A DNA stretch of 32,000 bases from the sequence record CP080221.1. One strand, written 5' to 3'. Below are positions 1-11,165 of this stretch, piece by piece (within the stretch, counting starts at the first letter, position 1; every line of letters starts with the position of its first letter). The position numbers and the translations under genes are program-made. Below the pieces are notes generated by a model that did no database searches, had not been told where the DNA came from, and saw only the letters and a program-made list of their open reading frames with translations.

Positions 1-396
1 CCTTTAAAAATTTTAAAAAAAAAGGTGCTAAAAAAATTAAATTTTAATATTGAATTATATAATAAAATTATTAATAATAATAAAATTATATAATATTTTT
101 TATCATATAGACTTAATAGTTTAACTTATAAAACTAATAAGTTTATTATGTAGAGTATATGTATATGATTTAAATAATCTATTTATTATAAGATTCTCTG
201 GACTTGTTAATGCCGGTTTACATTTTAATTGTTCAAAACACATGATTGATAAATATGTTAAAAACGGTAATGTATTTATAAATAAATATATTTTACTAAA
301 TATTTATAAAGATAGCTCATAACGGGGCTCCTAAATTAATTATTTTTATTTACAGATTATAATAATATTTATATTGACTATAATTATTATAATATT

Positions 397-540
397 ATTT
401 TATTCATTATTAATATAATATTTCTTAAATAAATTATATATATTAATTAAATTAATTTTATGAAAAAGTATATAACTAATATTATAATATTCTTTAATAT
501 ATAAAGAATATTATAATGGTTAATTAATAGTAGTTAATTA
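397..540. repeat. Dispersed ~140-bp AT-rich repeat, copy 1 (partner at 1024-1166)
   Basis: TTTTATTCATTATTAATATA...ATGAAAAAGKATATA...AAAGAATATTATAATGGTTAA...TAGTTAATTA recurs about 630 bp downstream with small indels. Confidence 0.75.
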
Positions 541-564
541 AATAAATAAATAAATAATAAGTTT

Positions 565-690
565 TATTACCTAATTAATAATAATTATATTACCTAATTA
601 AATTAATAATTGTTTATATTATCTAATTATATTAATAATTGTTAATATTATATAATTAAATTAATAATTGTTTATATTATCTAATAAATA
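565..690. repeat. Tandem ~29-30 bp AT-rich repeat (AATTAAATTAATAATTGTTTATATTATCT), about 3-4 units
   Basis: Near-identical units visible at 596-626 and 652-683, with a diverged unit between them. Confidence 0.6.
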
Positions 691-1023
691 ATAGTTAATA
701 ATATCTAATGATATTACAATATAATATATTATAATATAACATAATATTTTATTAATATTTATTATAAATATAATAATATATTCATTGTTTATTATAAATC
801 AAATTATTAGGATTATACTATTATAAATATAAATTTGTATTATCTTATTTTTATATTAATTATTTAATAGTTATTATCTTTATTTATTTTTATATATTTT
901 TATTCTATAAAATAATAAGAAATTTAATTATTAAACTTAATCTTAAATAATATAATTTTATTTTATTGTTATTTATTATTAACAAATAATAATAATAATA
1001 TTTATTAATTATAATGATATATT

Positions 1024-1166
1024 TTTTATTCATTATTAATATATATACTTCTTAATAAATTATAAATATTAATTAATTTAATTAAATGAAAAAGGATATA
1101 GATAGTATTATAATATTTTATATATATTAAAGAATATTATAATGGTTAAATAAATAATAGTTAATT
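1024..1166. repeat. Dispersed ~140-bp AT-rich repeat, copy 2
   Basis: Aligns by eye to 397-540. Confidence 0.75.
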
Positions 1167-1370
1167 ATACCTTACTATATTTTAACATAATAAAAATAAA
1201 TCTCCTATATTATATAATTATTTAATAATTTATTACTTTAATATATTTATTAATAATTTTTATAAACTTTAATATTTTATTTATATAATAAGAATATATA
1301 AATATATATATATATAAATGAATATTTTAGATTTTATTAATATTATCTTAGTTATAATCATATATATTTT

Positions 1371-1379
1371 ATATAAGTA
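1371..1379 (+). promoter_or_regulatory. Mitochondrial nonanucleotide promoter motif ATATAAGTA upstream of tRNA-Phe
   Basis: Exact consensus 25 nt upstream of the tRNA. Chance matches are expected in DNA this AT-rich, so position is the main support. Confidence 0.55.
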
Positions 1380-1403
1380 ATAATAAGTATAATATATATT
1401 ATA

Positions 1404-1474
1404 GCTTTTATAGCTTAGTGGTAAAGCGATAAATTGAAGATTTATTTACATGTAGTTCGATTCTCATTAAGGCA
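1404..1474 (+). tRNA. tF(GAA): tRNA-Phe (anticodon GAA)
   Basis: GCTTTTATAGCTTAGTGGTAAAGCGATAAATTGAAGATTTATTTACATGTAGTTCGATTCTCATTAAGGCA. Anticodon loop is TTGAAGA. Matches my memory of the S. cerevisiae mt tRNA-Phe almost base for base. Confidence 0.88.
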
Positions 1475-1613
1475 AATATTAATTAATTAATTAATTAATT
1501 AAATAAATAAAAACTTAATAATAATAATAATTATGTATAATATTAATAATATTAATATATTGTATTATATTAAATATAACAATTATATAAATATTTTATA
1601 TTTTTATAATATA

Positions 1614-1685
1614 TGTAAATACTAAGATTTGAACTTAGATAATATGCACCTAAAAACATACATTTTACCATTAAATTATATTTAC
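1614..1685 (-). tRNA. tT(UAG): tRNA-Thr (anticodon UAG, reads CUN as Thr)
   Basis: Reverse complement reads GTAAATATAATTTAATGGTAAAATGTATGTTTTTAGGTGCATATTATCTAAGTTCAAATCTTAGTATTTACA. It has the enlarged anticodon loop containing TAG. It is the only minus-strand gene, as in S. cerevisiae. Confidence 0.88.
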
Positions 1686-1831
1686 ATTAAATAATATACT
1701 TCTTACTATTAAATTAATATTAACATTAAATAATATATATAAAAGAAGTTATATATAATGAATATATATATATATATAAATATTTGTATATAATTTATTA
1801 ATAATTTTTATTATTTTAAAATAATATATAC

Positions 1832-1840
1832 TACTTATAA
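1832..1840 (-). promoter_or_regulatory. Promoter-like TTATAAGTA on the minus strand, ~147 nt upstream of tRNA-Thr(UAG)
   Basis: Plus strand reads TACTTATAA. The orientation and position fit a dedicated promoter for the lone minus-strand gene. Confidence 0.5.
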
Positions 1841-2081
1841 AGTATTTTAATAAATAAATATAATAAGTAATACTCCTTTCAGGACTCATAAATAATATAT
1901 AATAAATTAATAATTATACTACTTCTATAATTAAATATAATATAATAACTTCTCTCAGGTATATAATATATTATATAAATATTAAAGATAATATTATTAA
2001 TAGTTTTATTAATATAAAATAAAAAGGAGAATAATATATATTAAAGAATATGTATAATAATTAAATAATATATTTTTATTA

Positions 2082-2154
2082 AGGAGATTAGCTTAATTGG
2101 TATAGCATTCGTTTTACACACGAAAGATTATAGGTTCGAACCCTATATTTCCTA
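2082..2154 (+). tRNA. tV(UAC): tRNA-Val (anticodon UAC)
   Basis: AGGAGATTAGCTTAATTGGTATAGCATTCGTTTTACACACGAAAGATTATAGGTTCGAACCCTATATTTCCTA. Acceptor pairs AGGAGAT/ATTTCCT and the anticodon loop is TTTACAC. Confidence 0.92.
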
Positions 2155-2566
2155 AACCTAGATATAATATATATTTAATAAATATTATTAATAATATCAG
2201 GTATTATAAATGGTTTATATTAAATAATAATTAATATAAATAATAAATAATATATATAATATAATTAATACCCTTAAAATATATATAATAATATATAAAA
2301 TATATTAAAATAATATACATAATTATAATAATATAATCTTAAAATATAAAATAATTTTATTATATAATAATTAATATAAAAAGAATATATAATATTAAGT
2401 ATATATATAAAGTAATATATATAATAATAATAAATATTATCAATTTATATATAAGTTTTTTATAAGATAATATCTTTTTTATATATATATTGGGATATAT
2501 TAATAAGTAATAATAAGGTGAATTATATTTATATATATAATATATAATAAATAAATAAATAAATTT

Positions 2567-3375
2567 ATGACACATTTAGAAAGAAGTAGACATCAACAAC
2601 ATCCATTTCATATGGTTATGCCTTCACCATGACCAATTGTAGTATCCTTTGCATTATTATCATTAGCATTATCACTAGCATTAACAATGCATGGTTATAT
2701 TGGTAATATAAATATAGTATATTTAGCATTATTTGTATTATTAACAAGTTCCATTTTATGATTTAGAGATATTGTATCAGAAGCTACATATTTAGGTGAA
2801 CATACAATTGCAGTAAGAAAAGGTATTAATTTAGGTTTCTTAATGTTTGTATTATCTGAAGTATTAATTTTCGCTGGTTTATTTTGAGCTTATTTCCATT
2901 CAGCTATGAGTCCTGACGTTCTATTAGGTTCATGTTGACCACCTGTAGGTATTGAAGCTGTACAACCAACAGAATTACCTTTATTAAATACTATTATTTT
3001 ATTATCATCTGGTGCTACTGTAACTTATAGTCATCATGCTTTAATTGCTGGTAATAGAAATAAAGCTTTATCAGGTTTATTAATTACATTCTGATTAATT
3101 GTTATTTTGTTTCTTGTCAATATATCGAATATACTAATGCTGCATTCACTATCTCTGATGGTGTTTATGGTTCTGTATTCTATGCCGGTACTGGTTTACA
3201 TTTCTTACATATGGTTATGTTAGCTGCTATGTTAGGTGTTAACTATTGAAGATTAAGAAATTATCATTTAACTGCTGGACATCACGTAGGATATGAAACT
3301 ACTATTATTTACCTACATGTTTTAGATGTTATCTGATTATTCTTATATGTTACTTTTTATTGATGAGGTGTTTAA
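2567..3375 (+). CDS. COX3: Cytochrome c oxidase subunit 3
   Basis: ATG at 2567. Code-3 translation gives [35 protein letters not shown]... and ends ...FYWWGV then TAA (3373-3375). The span is 809 nt, one base short of 270 codons. The frame breaks in T-run 3105-3108. Confidence 0.93.
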
Positions 3376-3429
3376 TAATAATATTAATATTCTTATTAAT
3401 AAATAAAAATAATAATTCAATTATATTAA

Positions 3430-3441
3430 AATAATATTCTT
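3430..3441 (+). terminator. mRNA 3' end dodecamer AATAATATTCTT downstream of COX3
   Basis: Exact match to the yeast mitochondrial 3' processing dodecamer, 55 nt after the stop. Confidence 0.7.
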
Positions 3442-3530
3442 ATAATCTATATTATTAATTAATAATAAATCATAAATTATCATTAAATAATTATTTACTC
3501 TAGATGGACTAGATTAATTATTATAGAATT

Positions 3531-3574
3531 AGCCTGAGGAGCCCGGCCCCTTGGGGGCCGGACCCGAAAGGAGT
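3531..3574. repeat. GC cluster of the classical type (…GCCCGGCCCCTTGGGGGCCGGACCCGAAAGGAGT)
   Basis: GC island in AT-rich spacer. The inverted halves are GCCCGGCCCC/GGGGGCCGGAC and it has the GAAAGGAGT tail. Confidence 0.8.
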
Positions 3575-4751
3575 AATATATTTATATAATAATGTTCTTA
3601 TTTATATATTAATATTCTATATACTAGTTATAAAAAATATGAATAATATATATTTATTTATATATATATATATATTTAATATATTAAGTATATTTATTAA
3701 CATTAGAGAATATAATATTTTATTTAATGTTTAATAATATAAAATAAAAGGAATTAATAAAGAAGTAATTAATTTTTATTAATATACTATATTTTAATAA
3801 TCTCTATTAATATATTATTTCAATATATCAATATTATATAATATTATTTTATATAATATATTTTAACCTTCTAATAAATGATTATTATTTATAATTTTAT
3901 CAGACATAAGTATTATATCTAATTATTAATATATTATTCATTTTTATATATGTTTTATAATAGAATTATTAATATTTAATTCCAGGTTAGATATAAATTA
4001 AGAATATATATTTATATTTAAAGATTATTCATTTTTAGATATGTTTTATATAATATATAATATTATTATATTATACAAATATAATAATTTAATAATCAAG
4101 TTTAATAAAATATATTTATATGAGAATATAATTATTTATTATTTATGTTATTATTTTATAAGTCTAATACAATCCATATTAATTATATATCGAATGTTAA
4201 ACTCATTTGATAGAAGTATTATTATTATATACTTTATATCTTTATAATTAAATCAGATTATTTTATATAATATTATTAATTATTAGAAAGAGTTAATATA
4301 ATTCTTTAATATTTAAGTCTTTATATTATATAGGAGCCCCAAAGGAGTATTTTATATTTTAAATTATAATATCTCATTATTAATTCTTATTTTAATTTAA
4401 TTATTAGCCTCGATAGAAGTTATTAATTTCTTATTTATATTAATATTAATTTAACTAAAAAAGAGTTATATCATATATTAAATATTAATTATATTTATAT
4501 CATATATTTAATATTAATTATCTTTATATTATATATTAAGTATACATTATATTTATATAAAATATATATTAATTATATTTATTTTTATTATTTATAGATA
4601 GATATATATATTAATTCTTATTTTTATTATATAACTTTATAATATTTATTAATTATTTTATAAGATTATTATATAATTTAATTATATCATTCATTATATA
4701 TTATTAATATTATTATTTAATAATTATTATTTAATAGGTTTATATTAGTAA

Positions 4752-4793
4752 TAATCGTTTCGTACCGTCCAATTGGACGGTACGAAACGATTA
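4752..4793. repeat. Perfect palindrome centred on CAATTG, copy 1
   Basis: TAATCGTTTCGTACCGTCCAATTGGACGGTACGAAACGATTA is its own reverse complement. Confidence 0.9.
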
Positions 4794-4843
4794 GTCAATT
4801 ATTATAATATATATTTATTATTCTTTATATTATATTATATTAT

Positions 4844-4888
4844 CCCGCGGTCACAAACCCAGCTTAGCTGGGTTTGTGCCAATTGGGG
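4844..4888. repeat. GC palindromic hairpin element, CACAAACCC subfamily
   Basis: CCCGCGGTCACAAACCCAGCTTAGCTGGGTTTGTGCCAATTGGGG. Confidence 0.85.
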
Positions 4889-5211
4889 TATATTTATTAT
4901 AAGGATTATTTATAATATATATGAAATATATTTATAATACAATTATTCTATATAATATCATTAATTATATAAATAGAGAATTTAATAATTAATATTTAAG
5001 TCTTTTATTATATTTTATTAATCTTTATGTAATATAATCTTATTAAGAGTTCTTATCATTATTTATATTTAATATATATACATATTAATAATATTATTTT
5101 TATTTATTAATATATTTATTAAAAATATTATTATGATTAAATTATATTTTTATTAAATGAATAATAATTATTAGTTTAGGAGTAATTATTAACTTTATAA
5201 CATTTATAAAT

Positions 5212-5254
5212 CCCGGGACGAACCCAGCTAAGCTGGGTTCTGCCCAATTGCGGG
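5212..5254. repeat. GC palindromic hairpin element, GACGAACCC subfamily with a variant right arm
   Basis: CCCGGGACGAACCCAGCTAAGCTGGGTTCTGCCCAATTGCGGG. Confidence 0.85.
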
Positions 5255-5303
<49 letters not shown>

Positions 5304-5523
5304 AGTAAAGGTTATACTATCTTATTTATATAATCTTATTATATCCTATATTATTTATGATTATTATATCATATATTACTCATGGTTATTATATCATATA
5401 TTACTTATGACTATTATATTATATCCTATATTATATTATATTATATAAATAAAACTATTTAATAGCTTTTATAAAATAAGTTTATATTAAAAATATTATT
5501 TATTATTTTCCTATCTCCTATCA

Positions 5524-5549
5524 GGGTCCCGGCCCCAGGGCCGGCTCCT
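5524..5549. repeat. GC cluster
   Basis: GGGTCCCGGCCCCAGGGCCGGCTCC. Confidence 0.8.
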
Positions 5550-6230
5550 TTATATTAATTAAATTATTATTATTATATATATTTTATATAATAATATCTA
5601 TAAAGTATTATATTTAAATATTAAAGTCTTATATTATTTAATAAAAAAATATCTTCTTTATTTATCCTTTAATTAATTATTTATTATAATAATCTCTTTC
5701 CTATTATTATATATTATAATTATAATCTATTATCTATAATTATATTTTATTTATTATACTTTTGATATATAATCTTTATTTATTAATATTAAATTATATT
5801 TTTATAATATTTATATTTTATATTTTATTGTTAATAATTTATAATTTTATTATTTAATTAATAATTAAATTAAATACAATTAAATTAAATTAGTGTTATT
5901 ATATTATATTTATATAATATTAACTTAACTCTTATTTAAACTTATATAGTATCAATATATATATATCTTATTATAATCTTTAATAAATCATAATTCATTA
6001 TTACTTTTCCTATCTTTTATATATAATTATAAAGAATTAATACTTAGACTAATATATAATTATTAATAATCTGTAATTTATAATATTAATAGTTTTATAA
6101 TAAATAAAATAAATTCATAATAAAATAAGACTTATAATTATGAGGACTTATTATAATATAATATCTCCTATCTAATCTTTAATATAAATTAATATATATA
6201 TATAATTCTTATATCTTTAACTTTATTACT

Positions 6231-6258
6231 CCTAGCGGGTCCTGGCCGGGGCCAGGCT
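6231..6258. repeat. GC cluster
   Basis: CCTAGCGGGTCCTGGCCGGGGCCAGGCT. Confidence 0.8.
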
Positions 6259-6457
6259 AAATAAAAGAATATATAGAATATAACTTATAATTATTATAAT
6301 TTTATATATTATATCTTATAAATATTTATATTATAAAGAATATTTAATATAAAGTTTATATAATATTATTTTGATTATATTAATATTTAATGTTAATATT
6401 ATATTTTAAATAACTATAAAAATAGTAATATATATTATTAATTATTTTAGAATTTAA

Positions 6458-6731
6458 ATATATAAGTAATAAATATTTATAGGGAGGGGCGGGTGATTAG
6501 AAACCAAACTAAATAATATAATAAACAACGTACATAGAATAAATTTAATAAAATAACTAATAATTACTATAAATAAGAAAATAAAATTAATAATAAAATT
6601 AAAGGATAAACAATAAATAAATTGAATAAGTATAAAGTTAAAAATAAAAACTAAATGTATAAAATAATAAATGAAAACAAACAATATCCGTCCCTATTAA
6701 AATTATTATTGAAAATAATAATGGGGACCCC
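6458..6731 (+). promoter_or_regulatory. ori/rep element with promoter, cluster C, and the cluster B - AT loop - cluster A hairpin
   Basis: ATATAAGTA at 6458-6466. Cluster C is GGGAGGGGCGGGTGAT (6482-6497). About 190 bp further on is ATATCCGTCCC-TATTAAAATTATTATTGAAAATAATAAT-GGGGACCCC (6684-6731). The architecture matches S. cerevisiae ori elements. Confidence 0.75.
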
Positions 6732-6930
6732 AAAAGAAGTAAAAATTGAAATAATATATAAATAAATATAAAAATAAAGAAATAAGAAAAATAATAAAAA
6801 AGAATAATAATCTAAAAGTTTATAATTAAAATAATAATAATAAAAAATATTAAGAAATGTTTTATATATGTATTCTTAAATAATATATAAAATATATAAA
6901 ATATTCTTAATAAATAAATCTAATAAAATT

Positions 6931-6960
6931 CTCCTCACGGGTCCGGCCCGAGGGCCGGCT
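6931..6960. repeat. GC cluster
   Basis: CTCCTCACGGGTCCGGCCCGAGGGCCGGCT. Confidence 0.8.
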
Positions 6961-7172
6961 ATAGTGAAATAATGATTAAATAATTAATAATATAAAATCT
7001 ATATGCATTAATAATTAATATAATTATATCATTTTAATAATTAGTATTCTAAGAGTTTATAAGAAATTATAATATTATTATAAATAAATATAATATATAA
7101 ATAGATAATATATATATAATAAGTATATATAGGTATATAATAGGTATATATAGATATATAATAATCTATTAC

Positions 7173-7210
7173 ATCGTTTCGTACCGTCCAATTGGACGGT
7201 ACGAAACGAT
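7173..7210. repeat. Perfect palindrome centred on CAATTG, copy 2
   Basis: ATCGTTTCGTACCGTCCAATTGGACGGTACGAAACGAT, identical core to 4753-4792. Confidence 0.9.
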
Positions 7211-7610
7211 TATTAATAATATAAATATAATTTGTAGTTATTTTTAATATAAATTATAAATAATAATAATAAATATGTACTAAATATTATAACTCTTAAA
7301 TAATTAATAAATTAATTTAAACTTTATTTTAAATATTAATACTTAAATATCACTATTATAATTAATAATAATGATTAAATATTACCTTATATCATAAATA
7401 TATAAATAATATATATAAATAATAAAAATTATAAAAAGTAATACTCCTTTCGGGGCTTAATAATATTATATATATTACTTTATTCTATTCTATTAATTGA
7501 TTATATTTATTAAATATACTATAAATAAATTAGACTATATTAGATTATATTAATTTTATTAAGAATAATAATAACTATATAAATAAAATATATTAAATTT
7601 ATATTTTTTA

Positions 7611-7887
7611 TTATAAGAGTATAGTATATAAATAGGGGAGAGGGGTTATAAATATATTTAGTAAGAGATGTAACACCCCATCTCACCAAGGGGAGAGGTT
7701 GTATATATTGAGTAATATATTATTAATATAATGATTAATTAATAAAATAAAAGTATAAACAATATAATAAATTCTATAATATCTATATAATAATAAATAA
7801 AAACTAAATAAATAATATTATAAATGAGAACAAGAAGATATCTGGTCCCTTTAATAATTATTATTGGTAAATAATAATGGGGACCCC
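7611..7887 (+). promoter_or_regulatory. Second ori/rep-like element in the same orientation, with a non-canonical promoter
   Basis: TTATAAGAGTA replaces TTATAAGTA. The C-like cluster GGGGAGAGGGGTT (7635-7647) has an extra GGGGAGAGGTT copy at 7690-7700. Then AACAAGAAGATATCTGGTCCC-TTTAATAATTATTATTGGTAAATAATAAT-GGGGACCCC (7829-7887). Confidence 0.6.
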
Positions 7888-8027
7888 TACATAAGGAAAC
7901 TATAAATTATATAAAATATATGAAATATATAATAAAATAATAATAAAAAAGAATAATAATAATAATTCAAATAATATAATTAATTAATATATAATATAGA
8001 ATATATAGATTTATATTAATAATAGTA

Positions 8028-8069
8028 CCAGGTCACAAACCCAGCTAATTTTAGCTGGGTTTGTGCCGC
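8028..8069. repeat. GC palindromic hairpin element, CACAAACCC subfamily with a longer AT centre
   Basis: CCAGGTCACAAACCCAGCTAATTTTAGCTGGGTTTGTGCCGC. Confidence 0.8.
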
Positions 8070-8770
8070 TTAACTAAACTTACTTAATTTTACTTAATAT
8101 TATAAAATATTTTATAAAATGTTAATATATAATAAAATACTTAATTATAAATAAATAAATAAATAAATAAATAAAGAAATAATATAATAAATAATATAAT
8201 ACTCATATAAATAAATAATTAATAACTTAAAAGATTCTTATATAAGCTAATATTATCTTAATAATTAATAATTCATAAATAATGTTTAATATTATTATAA
8301 ATAATATATATGTAATATATAATAAATATATGTATATTTTTCTTTAATTTTATATAAAATATAATATATTATAATAATTATATAATATTTCATTAAATAA
8401 TTTTATCTTTTCTATTTTAATACTTATTCCTCGTGGGACTAAATATAATAATACTTTATTGATACTTTCTTTAGATATATGACTTTTCTAATTCTTCTTT
8501 ATTTATATATAATAAATTAATAAATAATCATTAATAATAATTTACTTTATGAGTGATAATATAACAAGTAAGACTTTATTAAAAGCTAAATATTAATAAA
8601 ATCTATATATATATAACTATTTATACTTTTTATTTAATATATAGATATATATTATATAATTATATTCTGAAGATTCTTTATTTATAAGATATTAGAGTAT
8701 TATATTATCAATAATTTATTTAATTTTTAATTTAACATATTGTTTATAATAATAAACCTTTTTTATTCCT

Positions 8771-8809
8771 CGCGGGCACGAACCCAGCTTAGCTGGGTTC
8801 GTCCCGCGG
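8771..8809. repeat. GC palindromic hairpin element, GACGAACCC subfamily
   Basis: CGCGGGCACGAACCCAGCTTAGCTGGGTTCGTCCCGCGG. Confidence 0.85.
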
Positions 8810-8936
8810 TTTATTATCTTTATATTATAATATTATCATTAATATATATTATTATTTATATTATAATTAATTAATTAATTAATAATGTTTAATTTTACTT
8901 TAAATAATCTTTTATGTATATGATTTAGTTATATTT

Positions 8937-8980
8937 GGGGCCCTTACAATCTTTATTTTATATATTAACATATGGGCCCC
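8937..8980. repeat. GGGGCCC - 30 nt AT loop - GGGCCCC hairpin, ori A/B-like and orphan
   Basis: The two 7-mers are reverse complements separated by 30 AT-rich nt. No cluster C or promoter is nearby. Confidence 0.6.
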
Positions 8981-9723
8981 TATTTAATTGATTATAAAGA
9001 ATTTATCTTACTTATTAATATATTATTAATAAAAATATATTCTCTATATAATTTTATCTCTATTATAATAAAAAATTATATAAAAAGAATAATTAATATT
9101 TATATGATTTATTATATTATTATAAAAGTATTATATTTTATTTATATCTTTAAATATTTTAAGACTCCTTCATATATTCATCCATTAGATTAAAGTATTA
9201 ATTATTAATTATAATATTACTTCTAGTAATATAATTAATTTATATATAAGTATTATATAAGATATATAACTATTTAATAAAAATCTATGAAATAAGGTTA
9301 TAATATAGAATTATTATAATATTCATATTAAGTCATAATAGAAAATTATATTATTTATTATTGTATATATAGTATAGGTAATTATATTATTTATTATTAG
9401 GTATATATTTATCAAGTATTATATAATCTAAGTATTTAAATATATTATAAGTCAATTAATTATTATTTATTATCCTGTATTTAATTATTTAATTAATATT
9501 AATATTAATATTATATTATAAGTATTAATTATTATATTTAAGTCTTAATAAGATATTAAAGATATTTATATATATATGTATTATATAAATTACATATAAA
9601 GTTATATTTTAATTATAATTATATATATATTATATTGTATAAACTAAGGAAATATTAAGTATTAACTAAGAAGATATATTATAAAGTTATATAAGAATAT
9701 TAATAATTTATAGTAATAATAGA

Positions 9724-9850
9724 GATTATATTATAAATACATTATTTTTATAAGTATATATTATATTTACAAATACATTGTTTTTTTAAGTGTATATTAT
9801 ATTTATAAATACATTATTCTTATAAATGTATATTATATTATTAAATATTT
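9724..9850. repeat. Tandem ~36-bp repeat (TATATTATATTTAYAAATACATTRTTTTTWTAAG), about 3.3 units
   Basis: Units are visible by eye. Confidence 0.7.
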
Positions 9851-9937
9851 ATCTATTATATATTGTTACTTTATATATTACCAATTGTGGGTATATTATT
9901 ATATATATTATAACATATTATTATCTATATATATAGA

Positions 9938-10045
9938 ATATAGTTATTATAGTATATAGTTATTATAATATATAGTTATTATTGTATATAGTTATATATT
10001 GTATATAGTTATTATAGTATATAGTTATTGTAGGATATAGTAATT
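9938..10045. repeat. Tandem ~16-17 bp repeat (TATATAGTTATTATAG), about 6-7 units
   Basis: Repeated TATAGTTATTATAGTATA... units. Confidence 0.75.
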
Positions 10046-10185
10046 ATCTAAGAATTATATATAATATAAATAGGTATGTACTCTCCTTATATATATATTT
10101 ATATATATATTAGGTGAGGTTATTTATATTATATTAATTTATAACAATATATCTAAATTATACTAAATATATAAAATATATTATT

Positions 10186-10221
10186 AGCCCGGGCCGGACG
10201 GCCCGGGACCCCGAAAGGAGT
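10186..10221. repeat. GC cluster of the classical type
   Basis: AGCCCGGGCCGGACGGCCCGGGACCCCGAAAGGAGT. Confidence 0.8.
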
Positions 10222-11071
10222 ATTTTATAAATATTTATTACTACTGATTTATAATAATTTAATTAAATATTAAAAATATATCATTAATACTTTATATAAT
10301 CATTATTTTAAGTATATTTAATAGATTAATTAAAATATATATTAAATAATAAAGATAGTGTTATTAACACCTTAATAATTATTCTTTATAATTATATTCA
10401 TAATTATAAATAGGAGAATAATATTAATAATTATTATTACAATTATTATAAATATATAATCAATTATAAATAATATAATAAATAAATATATATAGATATT
10501 AAATAAATAACTTTATATATTATACAAAATATAATGTATTTATGTTTATATAAATATAAATATTTAAATAAAAGTATGAATTATAATATATATAATATTA
10601 ATCTTATAAAAACTTATCATATATATTGTTAAATATAATATGTATAATATTAATTAAATAATGTATTAAGTCATAATAATAAATATATTTAACTTTTCTT
10701 AATAATATAAAATATTAATAATAATAATATATATAATTTAAATATAATATGTTATAATAATAAAGAGTAAGAATAATAATATATAAATAATACTTCTTAT
10801 GAGTGATTAATAATCTATATAAAGGTATATTAATTTAAATATAATAATATGAATAAATAAATAATAAAGATTTAATTATAATCTAATTAATAAAGTCTTA
10901 TAATATATATATATATATGTATATAATAATAATAATAATAATTAATTATAAAATAAATATATGATTAAGGTAATTATAATAAATATATAAATTATCAATA
11001 TATATAGAATAATATTGAATATAATATATATAATTTCTTTAGGTATTAATCTTTATGATTATACTATAGTA

Positions 11072-11080
11072 ATATAAGTA
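11072..11080 (+). promoter_or_regulatory. Promoter motif ATATAAGTA upstream of tRNA-Glu/COB
   Basis: Exact consensus 86 nt upstream of tRNA-Glu. The tE-COB unit has its promoter upstream of tE in S. cerevisiae. Confidence 0.6.
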
Positions 11081-11165
11081 ATATATAAAATAGTAATAAT
11101 AAATAAACTAATATAAATAATAGTTAATAATTTTTTTATAAATATATTTTATAATAATAAATATA

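Noticed and set aside
1466-1474. Possible missing G in the tRNA-Phe 3' acceptor (TTAAGGCA here versus TAAGGGCA as I recall for S. cerevisiae)
   Set aside because: It rests only on my memory of the reference tRNA. The stem can still pair with one mismatch, which is too weak to report as a finding.
2360-2575. Minus-strand 71-aa ORF from the ORF track ([15 protein letters not shown]...)
   Set aside because: It is a low-complexity Ile/Tyr/Leu/Lys product of AT-rich spacer just upstream of COX3. It has no motifs and was called under the wrong genetic code. The same reasoning rejects the ORFs at 4041-4247, 5248-5448, 6454-6684 (overlaps the ori), 8972-9193 and 11524-11754 (overlaps a split GC cluster).
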